Shown: positions 1 through 13,949 of the stretch, one piece after another
Layout of the letters: the number at the start of each line of letters is the position of its first letter
Position numbering within the stretch: position 1 is the stretch's first letter
Origin: the human T2T-CHM13v2.0 reference genome, Homo sapiens
NCBI RefSeq assembly: GCF_009914755.1
Contig: NC_060926.1
Reading direction: 5' to 3' (one strand)
Length of the DNA: 64,000 nt
Translations under genes and position numbers: made by a program
Notes under the pieces: generated by a model
What the model was told of the DNA's origin: nothing
The model's database searches: none
Seen by the model: the letters and a program-made list of their open reading frames with translations, nothing else

Positions 1-1699
1 TATAAAAACCAGTCATTCAGTAGCTGATGTGCTCCGTCTTATTGTTGGGGGATATAACTCTTTGTCCCAGAGTTGTCATACTTTTGATCCCTGCACAGAA
101 AGAAGCAAACCCAGAGTAGGAAGAACAGGCCTTTCATGTCGCTCCTTTTAATTAGACGCCCTGTTAAATTGCAGCAATTTTGCACTGTGGTTCCCTCTCA
201 GCGTGTCGAGAAGCTCTGAAGACGCTCTTAACCAAGGAAGCCAGGAGTTCATTTTATTCTTTTCCTCCTTATTTTCTTCCAAAGGCCAATTTACTTTTTT
301 TTTTTTTTGGACATTTTGCTTTTTGCCGGTGCTGTTCGTTGATATTTGTGTATATAACAATGCTCCTTTCATAAAGGAGGTGAGCGTGGTGGAGTGGAAT
401 CCTCAGGGCCCCCCACTAATCACTTTTGATGGAGTAAGACTTGGAGAATCAATGATTTTGCCTTAGAGTCGGAGGAAATTTGCTGTTCTCAAGCCCTCGT
501 ACATGGAAATATAAGCCACCAGGAGAGCCCAGCCTCCCCCGGGCTACCCGAGTCCCCCCTCCACTGCCTGGCAGGAGCTGGAAAGATCAAAGGGACAGAT
601 GACAGTGCTTGGCGCCCATTTGTCACTCCATTGGAGGGAACCAGTTGCAGTGTTAACAGTCAGGCCTGGTCCCATGTTTCATGAATATTTGAGAATGTTT
701 GCTGGCAGAATTCTAACTGCGCTGTGTCCTCCACGGCGTACGTGTCACCCATATTCCAGAGCCTAATCGGAGCTCTGGGGGAAGGAAGCACCACTTCTCC
801 ATTAGATTCCTTTATTATCCTAAAACATGCCTGCTAAGCGGTTCCGTGTCTGGGGTCTAAAGTCCGTGTGGTCCTTCTCATTCTTGCTCCTCCAAGAATC
901 CTGACGCATGGGCAGGGAAAGTGTTTTATTGTTATGGACTAATAATTTAGAGGCTAGGGAAGGAATGGCCTTGTGTGCTGGCCTCGTTGTAACAATTTTT
1001 CTCATGTGTCTTCCAGCCTGTTCATCTGTCGCGTTTATTTCTAAAAAGTCCTCTCACCTGCCCTCTGCTGTCCTCAGATCCCATCCACGGCCCTCACCTC
1101 CCTCATCCTTCTCTGTAACCTCTGACAATTCTGGATGACCTGGTCCCCGCCATGCACTTTGGGCTTGCCCCTGCCCTGTGAGTAGCCTGACAACCCTGCA
1201 CACACCCCTGGGGTGGTGCCAGTGCCTGCTCCTCCTCCTGGCCTCCCTGCCACCCAGCCCGGCATGAAGCTGAACATCGAGTGGGCCCCAGGAGAGAGGC
1301 TGAGTTGGTATGGCCAGGACTCTCCCTTGGCCCAGTGGGAAGGTGCACCTGCCCACTTGGGAGCAGGCCTCAGCACCCCTCACCAGTTTCAGGTTGCCCA
1401 CTCTCAACAGCAGCTAAGTCAGAGCTCCGAGGGCTGCTCCCCACCCACCTTCAGCCTCCCAGGCCTCCCCTTGCCCGCCTGGGCCCTGGAGACACATGCT
1501 TCAGCCACAGGCAAGTCTGTTTCCCTTCCATGGGGTTTTCTCCACACCACAGCAGTGGTACCTCTGGGCTTCTCTCCCTGGCCCCTGCCCCAAGGAGCCC
1601 AGATCCAGTGTGGTGCTTCTTAGACTGTGGTCTGAGGCCTCCTGCTTATAGAACAGGCAGATTCCCAGACATTGCCTCTCCCCTAACCAAAGTTTATTG

Positions 1700-1792
1700 A
1701 TTCTGAGTCTCTAGGGCTGTGGCCTATATTTGCATTTTTAACAATCTCCCTCGGGACTTTTTATGCACTGAGATTTGAGGCCAGGGTTGTTC
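1700..1792. mobile_element. MER5-like hAT-Charlie DNA transposon fragment
   Basis: tttgcatttttaacaatctccc...ttatgcactgagatttgag resembles the MER5A terminal segment. Confidence 0.55.
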
Positions 1793-3889
1793 TAGGCTGT
1801 ACCGGCAGGTGGACTGGAGGCCACAGAGAAGAGGCAGAGTGAAATTGTGCCGGGCCTGGCTTGGAGCACCCACCAGCCCCCGGAAGACAAGTCTCACCCA
1901 GAGCTCTCCGGTTAAGCCTGCCGAGAGAGAGGCACCAGGAGGCAATCTCCACACTCTCAGACACCAGCCGTACCCAAAGATTGATGATTTCAGACACCGG
2001 GCCTCCCGGCCACATCCTCACTGCCTCACTCACGCGTCACACCATAGCTCTTGGTTTATGTGTTTGTCTCCTGGTTACACGTGTGTTCCTTGAGCCCCAG
2101 GATGCGTCTTATTCATTCTTCTCTCCACCCGCCCACTGGGGTTTGATATGTTGAAGTTGCTCAATAAATGTCTGTGAATTTAATATAATCAAATGGCTGA
2201 ATTGAGGCAGAAATGAGCCAGGCGGCCTTTGCGCCCCGTTCCTGGGCTTGTGCCTTGCCTGCAGGAATGGAGAAAGGCCTGGCCTGCCTACACTTCCCCT
2301 GGTGAAGGAAATATTGATTTTGCTGTTTGTTTTGCAAGGAAGCTGTCCCCACTGGGACAGCCAGATCTAGAGCACATGAAATGGAAACTCCGAAGAAGGC
2401 AGTGCGCTGGCAGCTGGTCTATTAATAGGGCGGCCTGGGTGTGTCCAGGTGGAGGCGGCCCTGGGCCTGTGGGGCACCCTTGGAGCTGTGGCCTTGGGGA
2501 CCAGGGTTATCCCGGAATCCCGCCACCCACCCACCTCGGTTTAGCTCCACTCCACACTGCTGTGGAGATGTGAAACGTGGCAAAGTCATTTGCAGGTTGC
2601 CTTTTCAGTGGGAGCCAAGTTGAGCGGCCTTGGCCCCAGGACCCCAGAGAAGATCTCCTGCCACCCCTGTTGGCTAGAACACAAGGGTCAGCAGACAGAA
2701 AGCCCATTTGGGACCTGCAGAGAAGTAGGCTTTTCCTCTCTGCCTCAGAGGAAAATCTGAGTTGAGCAAACAGTCCAACTCAGCAGCCATCTGGATGTTA
2801 CATGGTCCAGAAGCTAAATCCAGCACTCTGGTTACTCAGAACAATTCTCTCAGGAGCCTTCCCAAATTTGGGACTCAGTGACCTTTAAAGGGGGTGCTAG
2901 TTCTGTAAGCACAGGGCAGGTGAGGCTGCCATGTACAGCTGTACAAGCTGTGCACTGAACAACTGTCAACGTCTATTCTGGGTCCTGCCATATTGTGATA
3001 ACTTGCAAAGGCATGCAGCTGGCATCCTGGGAGAGCCCAGCCAGCCCTTCCAAAGGGAGGCTGCCTAAAGACCAGGAAATGGAGCAGCCAGCTGTGCTGG
3101 AAGGCCCAGTGTTCAGACACCTCACTTTACAGACAAAAGCAGAGGCCTAGAGAGGGAAGGGAGACGTTCAAGGTCACACAGCATCTATGGAAGAGCCAAC
3201 TGCATGGCTGGGCTTCCTGGCCCCAAGCCCGCTCCTGCCCCTTGCCCGCTTTTCTTCTGTTGTGTTCCTCTGATACTCTCTCTGCCCTGGGACCAGGGAG
3301 GGATGCAGCTTTGAAAGAAGCACACATTCTGAAGTTTTTTTTGCCTCTGCCCAAGCAGAGTTCTAGCTTCTGGTTTTCTCGAAGGCCCTCGGTCGGGCAG
3401 GTCCTTCTCCCTGCTGTTTGTTCCAGCTCAGACCTATATGTTTTGTCCATTTCACGCTCCACCTCCTGCTCTCCCCAGATTGTTTCCTGTAGGTTTTGTT
3501 TTTGCATCTGCCCCTGCCAAAGTATGTGGGTTGACGTGGAAGACCTGAACACTCTGGGAGCCTTTGAAGCAAGGATGGATTTATTCCTTTCAGGCCACAG
3601 ACGCCATGCCGAGGCCCTGGTTCCCCTCCAGACCTGTGCGAGGTCCTGAGCATGGCCCAGTGCCTGCTAAAATCCCCACCCACACACAGAGGCTGCGGAT
3701 CCATCCCCGAACTTCAGGGGCAGCTTCTGAAGTCCAGGCCACCTAGAACCAGGGTCCCTAGCTCCCCTTCTGGAACCCAATCCCCTACATGGCCCAGGAC
3801 CCAAGCAAGGCAGGGAGAGTGCGCCGTGAGTCAGCAGCAGATCAAGTGGTCGTTTATTCAGCAGCGATGGCAGCCAGAGGCCCACATCC

Positions 3890-4380
3890 ATTCATTCATT
3901 CACTCCATAGATAAGTGTTTATTTAGGATCTACCGTGTGCCTGTGCTGAAGTGAGAGGCCCTGATCGCCACAGACGTCCCTGCCGCTGGGAGCTCACATG
4001 CTAATGGGTGAAAGCCGATGACAAAATAAGTCAGGAAATCTCAGATGGCCCAACGACCCCCCTGAGAAATAAAGCAGGAAAAGAAGTCTGAGAAATAAAG
4101 CAGGAAAAGAAGTCCGAGAGCGCCAGGCCGGAAGGTGGGGAGCGCTGCGACTTTAAACAGCACACTCAGGGGACTCTGAGCAAAGACCTGGCAAGGTGAG
4201 GGGCAGCCATGTGGGTATCTGGACAAGCATGTTGAGGCCAGGGGTGAAAAGGAGCAACGGCCCTGAGGGAGGGGTGAGGAACAGACAAGAGGCCGGTGCC
4301 CTTGGGGCAATTTAGCTGTATCTCTCCGGCTGCCCTGCAGACTAAACAGGACAAGGAAAGAGCCAGGACACAGTCCGCAG
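3890..4380 (-). mobile_element. L2 (LINE2) 3' fragment
   Basis: Begins cattcattcattcactcc...tgtttatttaggatctac, the reverse complement of the L2 3' tail; L2-like body follows. Confidence 0.7.
4062..4113 (+). repeat. Perfect 26-bp tandem duplication (ctgagaaataaagcaggaaaagaagt)x2
   Basis: Read directly: 4062-4087 and 4088-4113 are identical. Confidence 0.95.
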
Positions 4381-4479
4381 GCTCCTGTGTCCTGTCCCGT
4401 CCCAGGCCAGCCCTCTCTGTGCTCCTGAGCCACATGACAGCTGCTTCCTGGGCAGAGCCTTGGGCGTCCACAGCACTTC

Positions 4480-5117
4480 AGACTCACTTCTTCCCCCACG
4501 TGACTCTTCACATCTCAGCCTCCCCCTGGGTTTCCTGATGTGGAGCCCCCATCCCAACCCCCATGTTCCCATCCGCATGTCCCTGACTCCTCCTGCTCCT
4601 TACCCCCCACAGCCAGTGACTACTCTAGGTCTGTCCATTCTGTTGTTAAACCTCTCCACTGTCCATCCTGTCACTGCGTCTGCTCGGCCACCGTGCTGGC
4701 CAAGGTCCTCGCCCGGTCTCCTCTGGACTGCTGTAAAACCTCCCATGGGTCTCCAGCACTCCATCCTGTCCCTCCAGCCTGCCCTCTCTACCCTCCAGAG
4801 ACCCCCATCCACAATCAAGATAGAACTCGCCTTCCTCGTCGCGTTCCAACCTCATCTGCTGCCCACACCCACCCGCCCCTCAGGGCAGCCCCCCTGGGAG
4901 CGGTGCACATTCTCATGCTGCTCGTTTCAGCTTCTGCCCTCACTCCTTCCTCTTCCTTTATCTCCAGAAACCTGGTCCTAACCATCTCTTTCCTGAAGTC
5001 TTTCTTGCCAAGCCCGTTTAGCCTCAGAGCAGCTCCCCTTAGGACTGCCAAACAGGCATCTGCCGTGACTTGGAGCACGGAAGGTTTTCAGCAAATGTTT
5101 GTTGAATGAGTGAATGA
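4480..5117 (+). mobile_element. L2 3' fragment
   Basis: Pyrimidine-rich L2-like body ending cagcaaatgtttgttgaatgagtgaatga. Confidence 0.6.
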
Positions 5118-7029
5118 TGGGCTTTTCTTGAGCACCTACTGGAAGCGGGCTGCACCCACTCACTGCTGTGGAAATTAGAGACCCTCTGGAGGGGCCCATC
5201 CTCATCAGTGGTTGGTGGCCCCAGCTGGCCTGCAGCAGCAGTGGCATTCACAAAGGGAGCCAGCCAGGGGCACAGGAGCACGTCAGAAGCCCGGCCATCA
5301 GGCTGGGTGACCCCGGCTCCAGGGCCCCATTAGTCCCAGGGGTGCCGATTCCCATCCTGAGCCCCTGGTTGCCCACCCAAAGCTCCAGGCCACTCTGACC
5401 CTAAGACCCAGGAGTCCTAGAGGCTGAGCCCTGCTGTCTCTGAGCTCTGCTTCCTGGAGCTGTTATTTGTGTCCTGGGGCAGCTGCTCGGGAACATTCTG
5501 ACCTGGGAGCCAAGCAGGGACCTAGCAGTTGAGCTGCCCAGAGAGAGGCTCAGGGTCCACATGGCCGCAGGCCGGGGGCCTCTCCAGGAGCACAGAGATG
5601 TGTGCAGGCCCTGCCAGGCTGGCTGCAGCCTGGGTCTCCTCTGAAGTCAGCCCTGCTTTGGGGTCGCATGGAATTTTTAGTGCAAAGCAAGAATCCATCC
5701 TCTTTCCATAGTAGACCTGACAGGGATGTGGCTTATCTGCCCAAAAGAGAGGGAAGAACCAAGAGCTTGCAATGACCTTGCTCCTTCTCAGGGACAGCCA
5801 AGAGGACAAGATTCTTTATGAATCTGTTGAAGCAAACAGACCATCTCCTGGCCCCCAAAGGGGAATGGAAGTCCCGGTGACCTTCTGCAGGTAAGCTGGT
5901 GTCCCCTCCCTGCAGGCACGTTGGTCCAGGAACTTTACACTTGACCCAAAAGCCTCTCTTGAGAGATTTCCACCATTTGGTTTTGTAGGTCTTTAAGACT
6001 TTTCCCAGCTACCCCACTGGTCTTCTCAGGGCTTCATTGTTCTCTGCTCGAGTGCTGTGGTTTGTGTCCACCGTGGAGTCATGCAGAAATTAGCAAGCAG
6101 GAGCGGGTGGGGATATTGAGGTCCTAGATAAGTTGAAGTAGACTAGAGATGTCCTTTGGGAAGGGGGCCACCCCAGCTCCCGGGAGTCCTTGGGCTGGAG
6201 GTTGTCAAGCAGGCTGGAGAAAGAACATCTTTGTCACCAGCGTGCCTCCTCTGGTGGCTTGTTGACTGTCCAGGACTTCTAATGTGATCCTGAGGCTCAA
6301 AAATGAAGAAAATCAGTCACTGATCCCAATGTTTTATTTACTAACCCTGTGGATGCTTGGGAGCATTCAGACACTGGAAGGTTTGGGTTGGATTTTTCAC
6401 ATTCTTTTCTGTGTGGAAGAGTGGGGGTGGTCATACAAGAGGGGTGAAAACAGGGCCTGCGGTGAATAGCTGCACAGCCCTTTTACTCTCCCCAAGCCCG
6501 GTCTCCAGGCCTATGTGTCTAACAGATGCATCTATTCAGTGCATCTGTTTGGTGCTGGTGCTTCTGGGTCCCCTTGGACAGCAGAATGTGTATGGGTCTC
6601 CCTTTCCTGTGGGGTGGTTCCTCTCACCACTCCTTTGGGGCAGTGGTGCGGAGGAGAAGTGATGGAAGGACGTCAGACCCCTCGGGGAACGTGGGGTCAG
6701 GACCAGGGTGGTCCAGGGAGCCTGCTCCCATCTACTGTGCCTTGACACCTAAAACCCAGCTGTGAAATGCAGTGTCTTCACCTCGGAAAGCCCTCCCAGG
6801 GGCTGCCCTTACAGTTTAGATATCTCAGCCTGCACAGCTCCAAGGCAGTGAATTCTAAGGGAGGACCCTCATTTTACACATAAGAGGTGGGAGGGCCAGG
6901 GCACCCTGTGGCCAGGCGTGTCGCCTACGTGCTTGTTGTCCACAAGCTTTTCCTTCAGGGCCCCTCCCTCCCTGATTACACAGAGCCCCGGCCTGGGAGA
7001 AGGGTCTGATCATTTCCCTGCCATGTCTT

Positions 7030-7130
7030 CTCTGTGAGCCCTTGTGCCTCAGTTTCCCTGCCTATCAAACAGGAATAACCATCTCTTCCTCGTCCACTTC
7101 ACAAGGTAGTTATGAGACTGAAATGAAAGG
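7030..7130 (+). mobile_element. MIR fragment
   Basis: gtgcctcagtttccctgcctatcaaacaggaataac matches the MIR core. Confidence 0.6.
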
Positions 7131-8235
7131 CTGGGTGTGGCAGCCCTTGGAGGAGGGGATTTAATGACAGGGGTGTCGAGGAGTTGATTATACAGCAGAG
7201 GTGGGAAGGTTCTGTTTTCTCTGCCTGGCGCGTTGCCTTGTTTACCAGACCGGCCTTATTTGGGAGTGCTCCGGGGAGTCGCTGGCTTCATGGAACATGC
7301 AGCGATTTCATGGTAAAGCCGGGCACTCAGAGGTGGAGGTGTCACCATCTGGAACCAATTCGCGTTTTCCTGAAGTCTGAGGCGCCCGCAGACTTCCTGC
7401 CCGGCTCCTCCGGGCTCTGGAATGGCTCCCACCTGGACCCAAGACCAGGGACATTTCGTTCCTCCTGGATTGTTCGAATCCCAGACACTCAGGAGCTCAC
7501 CCCCGGCCAACACCAGTGCCCTTCTTCGCTGACTTCTTTTCACCGTGTTTCTGTAAACACATTAAAAATGGCCTTCCTGCGTTTCAATTCTCCATCTCTC
7601 CTGCCGTTTTCTCTGTCCCCTGATTTCAGCCTCCAGGATTGAAATTCTTTCTCCTGGTCTCCATGAGGAATTGGTGAAACAGAAAAAGCAGGAAATTAAT
7701 GTCCCAGCCTCCAGGCTCCACAAAGCATTAGATGGAATTAAAGTAGAATAATGAGTCAATGCACACACAACTCTGTTGTTCTTTGACTTTTCCTTTCAAA
7801 ATTCATGTAGTGAATGCTGCTCCCATTCTACATCATCTTGGGCTGGGAGACACACTAGTGTCCTGAATGAATTTACATACCAAATGGGTTTTAATTTTAT
7901 ATTTTTGCTTAAGGTCAGGACATTTATTTATTATCATTATTTATTACTGAAGCACGAGTGGTTTTAATTATTTTAGTGTTCCTCCTACAAAGCAGGATAG
8001 CTGCTAGCTACAGACCATTTTCCGTTTCCGCTCACATAAATAATATAGTTTTTAATTTCATGAAGATTTAGTATTCGTGTGCTTTGTAAATTAAAGTCAT
8101 CGTTTACCACAACAGAGACGGAGTGTTTGGAATATCCTGGTGGACTTCTCTGTCCATTTCTGGAGGATCACTTTTCCTAACTTTGGTTCTCTGTTGCAGG
8201 CGCCCAGAAAGAGGCACCCGCAGAGGGCCTGGGAA

Positions 8236-8275
8236 GGGAAGGGGCTGTGGGGTGTGGGAAGTGGCTGTGGGGTGT
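8236..8275 (+). repeat. 20-bp G-rich tandem duplication (gggaag[g/t]ggctgtggggtgt)x2
   Basis: Read directly; one mismatch. Confidence 0.85.
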
Positions 8276-10265
8276 GGAAAGGAGAGGGGAAGGAACCCTT
8301 CTTTCCTGCAACGTCATTTGCCTTTCCATGTATTATAATCCTATCCCGTTTCTCCCACAAAACCCTACCAAAGCCAGCATTTTTGTCTCTGTTTTACAGA
8401 GAAGGGAACTGAGGTCCCAGCATGTTAACTAACTTGCCCAAGATCACTCAAACCCAAGTGACAGGTTCAAATGCTGATATTCCTGACCCAAGGCATAGCC
8501 CTTTGTTCTCCTACCTGCCCTCTCTGTGCCAAGGCTTGGGAAGGTGGGCAGATGTCTCTGCACAGGCCTGGGGCTGGACACTGGCAGAGGTACAGTCAGC
8601 AGTAGAAGGATGAGAGATGGACGCAGAGAAGGAGTGGGCAGGAAGGGTGGCAGGCAGCGGGCACTGCCAGGCTGTGGTGTGACTGTGTGGGTGCAAGTAG
8701 AGGGGAGCAGTGTCCTGGTCACTTGGGGGGCAGAGGACGTGACCTCCTAGGAGGCAGTGTCCCCAACACACAGCCAGGGGACTCCATCTGGACACCCTGG
8801 AGCCACCAAATCTTGCAGACTGCCCTCTGCAGGTCCTCCTCCATCCCTTCCCATGCTGTCTCTCCACCAGGATCCCAGCTCTCCCAGGGTGGCTGCTAGG
8901 CCAGTGAATTGTGAGCTCCCCACGCAAGCAGCATGCCCCTTCCAGACACCATGACTCCCTGTCTGTAAATCACTCTCCTGCATCCCCATCCCATCCCCAG
9001 CTAGTCCTGGGCGGGCTTCTTCCTCAGAAGCATTCCAGAAGGTTTTCACACTCCCCGTGGTTTGTCAGGAGGACACCGTTTTGTGGCATTGGGTCCACAT
9101 TTGCTGCCAGCATAGCCTCTGGAATGCACGGCCTGCTTGGGGTTGCCATGGAGAAGCTGGGTCTGTTGGTGGTTTGAACTGAGCCGCATACAATAGAGCA
9201 CCCTCGGCAGCCAGCCGGACGGGCAGGCCGGGGGCGGGGCAGGGCAACAGCCTTGTACCCTGCTGCCATCTGCTTTGACCCTGCCAGGCAGCTGCAGCCC
9301 TATCCCTTAGGGTTGTTGGCAGATTAAAAATGTAGTGGATTTAAATCATGCCCACCTCATTTTGCAAGGGTTTTCTTGAGTTCTCCTCCAGGCTTCAGCT
9401 ACCAACACGCCCCTATGAGTCTCTGTCTCCGAGCAGAGGTCTTGGTGTCCTGGTGGCTGCATCCCAGGGGAGAGGAAGGAACCCGTTTCATAAGCGCACT
9501 CACGTTGGAGCAGAACAGAGTCACTAGGAGGCTCGCTGTGATTTATCAGGGGCCATGCCACACTGTCCTTGCACACAACGTGGCTTAAGTCTAAACAGAA
9601 AATAGACCTCACGCTGAGTCATCCTTCTCCATAATGGAAGATGAGATTGTGCTGGCGGGAACACATCATGTCTGGGGACGTATGCTGCCATCGTGGGAAT
9701 GTGCCTCTTTAGCACGCCTTTAACCCCTATCCTGCAAGCATCTCCCTCTAAATGAGGGCGATAGGAAGACTCCGATGCTGGGGCAGAGCCATCTCTTACA
9801 CACAACGGCGAAATTATTTTCTTCATCTCAGAAACAGGTTCCCCCAGGAGGACATAAATAAATAAGGGATTCCTGGTACATACTTTACCCATTTTTCAGA
9901 TTTTCCTCCTTCTTACTCATGGCACTCATGTAAGTGCTACTTCTGGAGTGGTCCCAGCCAGATAGGTGCCTGGGGATACAGGAAAGCTCAGGGCTGCGTT
10001 TAGAATCAAATAAAGCTAATGGTGAAGTCTCTTCCCACTGAAAAGAGAAGCAAAATACTTTTCAGAGCTGGATCGCTTGCTGCTTTATATAGAGGGCTCT
10101 GCTTTTGGGGGACAAGCTCTCTCTGAAACCCAGGCCCACATATTTTATAAGTGTTCAGGGAAGACTGTCTTTTAAAAAGGTACAATTAGGCAGGCATTTG
10201 CTTATCATTTTTCCAATATAATAGGTGGAGAGATTGAGGTCACATCTCTGGGAAGAGTCTGATGA

Positions 10266-10830
<565 letters not shown>

Positions 10831-11184
10831 TAGGGAAGGAGATGGGGAGCTCTTGTAGGTTCTTCTGCAGAGAAGATGCATCTTCCTGGTCCCCATCCCC
10901 GACCTGTGGTCTTTCCGCAACCCTGCCCGTTCATGGCCTCTGGGCTGGTCCCCCTCACTCCTCCATCTCAGTGGGAGAGATGCACAGGATGCCTCTGGAG
11001 CTGGTGCCAGGAGTAAGGCCCCCTTCCCATCCAGGGAACACTTGGTTCTGCAGGGCTTGGAGGCATCCGAAAGTCAGTGAGAGATGAGGCTGGGCCGCTC
11101 TGAAGTTCAAGGGTTTGGAAACGGTGTCCTGGGTACAAATAATAACCAGCCTGAGTACCTAAGAGGTTGGTAATAAGAGGCACA

Positions 11185-11400
11185 GTAATAATGCCTGGCA
11201 TTTATTAAATCTTTACTACCTGCCAGGCATGAGTAAGTGCCTTGCACATATTTTGCATCAAATCCTGTAGGGCAGGTATTATTATCCCCATTTTAAGATA
11301 AAAAAAAACCGAGGGTTAGGGAAGTTCATTTACCAAGATCATTTGCAAAGTAACTGATCTTGCAAGATGTTGAAGTCAGGTCCCACTGACTTCAGGACAG
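11185..11400 (-). mobile_element. MIR
   Basis: catttattaaatctttactacctgccaggc...ggtattattatccccattttaagat. Confidence 0.7.
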
Positions 11401-12479
11401 AGTGGAAGAGTTTAACATCCTTGTGTTTGCCTCAAGCAAAAAGGAAAATTCAGATGATATTCATTGTACTGCATGTGCGCACACTCACATATACACTGTG
11501 CACAAACACACACACACCTGCCCTGGCTGTTCCCTGCCAATCACGTTCCCTGGTGCACAGTGCCTGCTACAGCCATGGACAGCTGTGTGGAAGTCATCAC
11601 CACATAGTCACAAAAAGAACTGATCACCCCTCTCCAAGGACTGATCACAAGTTCACAAGCACAGTGGGGTCTGCAGCAGAGAAGACTTCCAGGCTGCTCA
11701 TCCAGAGCACCTGTCTGCAGCCCCATGGTGGCCCAGGGGAGGGCTTTAGCAGAGGCCAAGGCTCCCTGTGTTTTGCTTATGACTGGGAGTGTTCATCATG
11801 CGTGGCCCCTGGGCTGTCTTTCTTCCAATAATGGGATGGAGCCTGATAGTTCCGAGTGGCCAGCATTGAGATGAGGCTTGAGGGTCTAGAACTGCAGTGT
11901 CTGTGTCCCCCAAATCATAGGGGTGGCCCTCTTCAGCCCCAGAAGGCTGGGGGTAGAGCAGTGTGGGCAGTGGAAAGCCAGGCTTGGCCCGGAGCCCCAT
12001 GAAGCTGCCATCGCCCAGCCCAGCTTGCATGAAACAAGGGCCATGGGAAACTCCAAGATTCCTGTCCCAGGCATTCTTTCCTATTTAAGGAGTATTTTTT
12101 ACTTAAGCAGCTACTTTGGAGCAGACAGGGGCAAGAGAAATAGAGAATGGTAGGTTTCTCAACCTCAGAGGATGATGAAGATAAATGCATGTCCCGCAGA
12201 ATCATCTGAAGCCTGCGGCAAGGACTCTGGGCTGAGCTCCAAGATACGGGTTCAAGGCCCGTGTTGCCCCCAGCCTTGCCTAAGTCTCTTAGCATGCCCT
12301 GGTCCCTGTTTCTTCATTTATCAAGTAGGGAAAGTAAAATAGCCCTTACAAGTTGGTGTAGAAAATGTCAAGGAGCTCTCCAAATGAGGAAACCGGGGCT
12401 TTTCTCATCCGTAATAACAAGAAGAAAAATTATAGAAGGAAATGTCTGTTTAGTTATATTTTCAACTATCATTGACTCC

Positions 12480-12830
12480 TAAAGTAGTGAAATATCTTTG
12501 AATAGATATTTTAAAAATATATACCTAATATAATGAAATATAAATATTTTTCTATATTACATTCTATATAAATATTTACTATATTTAATAATTTATCCTT
12601 ATATGACATGTAAATATTTACATATATAAATATTTATGTACTTTAGTCCATGTGTGTACATATACACAGACAAAACACATATGCATATGTATTTTGGAAA
12701 AGTCAGAACAAGAAGAATTATAAATGAAGATATTGGCACTCAATAGCATGCATAATTTTTTTCCTCCAGCATTTTCGGTTCCGTGGATAGGGAGTGTGTG
12801 CATTACTGTTTGTAATTTAAAGACAAAGGA
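12480..12830. repeat. AT-rich low-complexity tract, probably part of an old L1M 3' fragment
   Basis: Very high AT with TA repeats; ends gtgtgcattactgtttgtaatttaaagacaaa, like old L1M 3' ends. Confidence 0.55.
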
Positions 12831-13949
12831 AACATGATCCCAGCTTCTTTGTGTGTGCCCGCCCGACGCCACGTCCCTCCTCCCGTGCCTCTGTCCGCAT
12901 GCTGGTTTACATAGAGTAGCTCTGGGTCAGCCATGGCTGCCTGGGTTCCTCACTCCAGGGTTCTCCTTAGGATGTACCCCAAAGGCCCAAGCCCCCCATC
13001 CCCCTTTTCATTCTGCAGGGTGTGCATACACACGTGCAGGAGATACGCCACACTAACCAGAAGCTTGCTCCCTGTTTAAATGTGAGGCTAGGGTAGGAGG
13101 GAAGAGGACATGTATCCGCATATGTTAGCTAGAATGCAGCCTAAGCTGGAGGTTGGTGACACTGCAGTAATTGGAGGTAAGAGCTGTGAGGCCATTCAGA
13201 TAAATTTTTGACATAAAAATGTAGGCTGGTTCATAAAAGGTTGCAGTGACAATAGGTTATAGTGACAGCTTTTCAACAATTTTCTAAGCCTCCGGATGGA
13301 AGGGGACTCAGCATAATGAATTATGGGTGGTCTGGACAACATGGTATCCTTTCATAGGCATGGATCTAAGGGCAGAATAAAGTTATCCAGGATGGCCCAC
13401 ATTGAATAACACTGTTGTTAAAACATGGACTGGAGAAGGAGAGAAAAGATTAGATGCTTGAAAGACTCAGCGACTGTAGCTGCAAGGCCTTGGTCTTGCA
13501 ACCTGGGCACTGGGTGTTCGCAGCTCCCATCCTCCAGCGTAATGAGCACTTCATCTGCCAGATTCTAGGTTGAACATCACGCCTGTCTGGCAGGGCTCCC
13601 GGGCTTTCCTGCAAAGGGGGCGTTGTTCCTCTACCAGCTCAGCTGTTTGTGCGGTTTTGCCCTTTTGATTAAATTGCCTCTATCAACTCCTGGATGGGAC
13701 TTGTGGGACCCTTCTTAAGTGGATGTCTTCTGGAGGGGAGACTATGCCAGAAGGAAGGGGGCTCAGAGAAGGAGTGGGACCCATCAGGTTGGGAGAGGGG
13801 AAAAGCCCTGGCTCCCACAGAGTCCTCTCTGCCAGAATCCACCCTTCGCCTCTGATCAGGTACTGGCTGCTCAGTCAGAGAGCAGAAGCAGCCACCTTTG
13901 ATCCTGTCTTTACTTAGGTGAGAATAATAACAGCCAGTATGATAACAGA

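Noticed and set aside
1-7. TATAAAA at the window start
   Set aside because: Isolated motif at the edge with no other promoter evidence.
4460-5109. Overlapping 173- and 189-aa ORFs
   Set aside because: Lie in a degraded L2; low-complexity Pro/Ser/Leu content with no domain.
3890-5117. Inverted L2 pair as a hairpin/miRNA precursor
   Set aside because: Arms too diverged by eye to give a long, stable stem.
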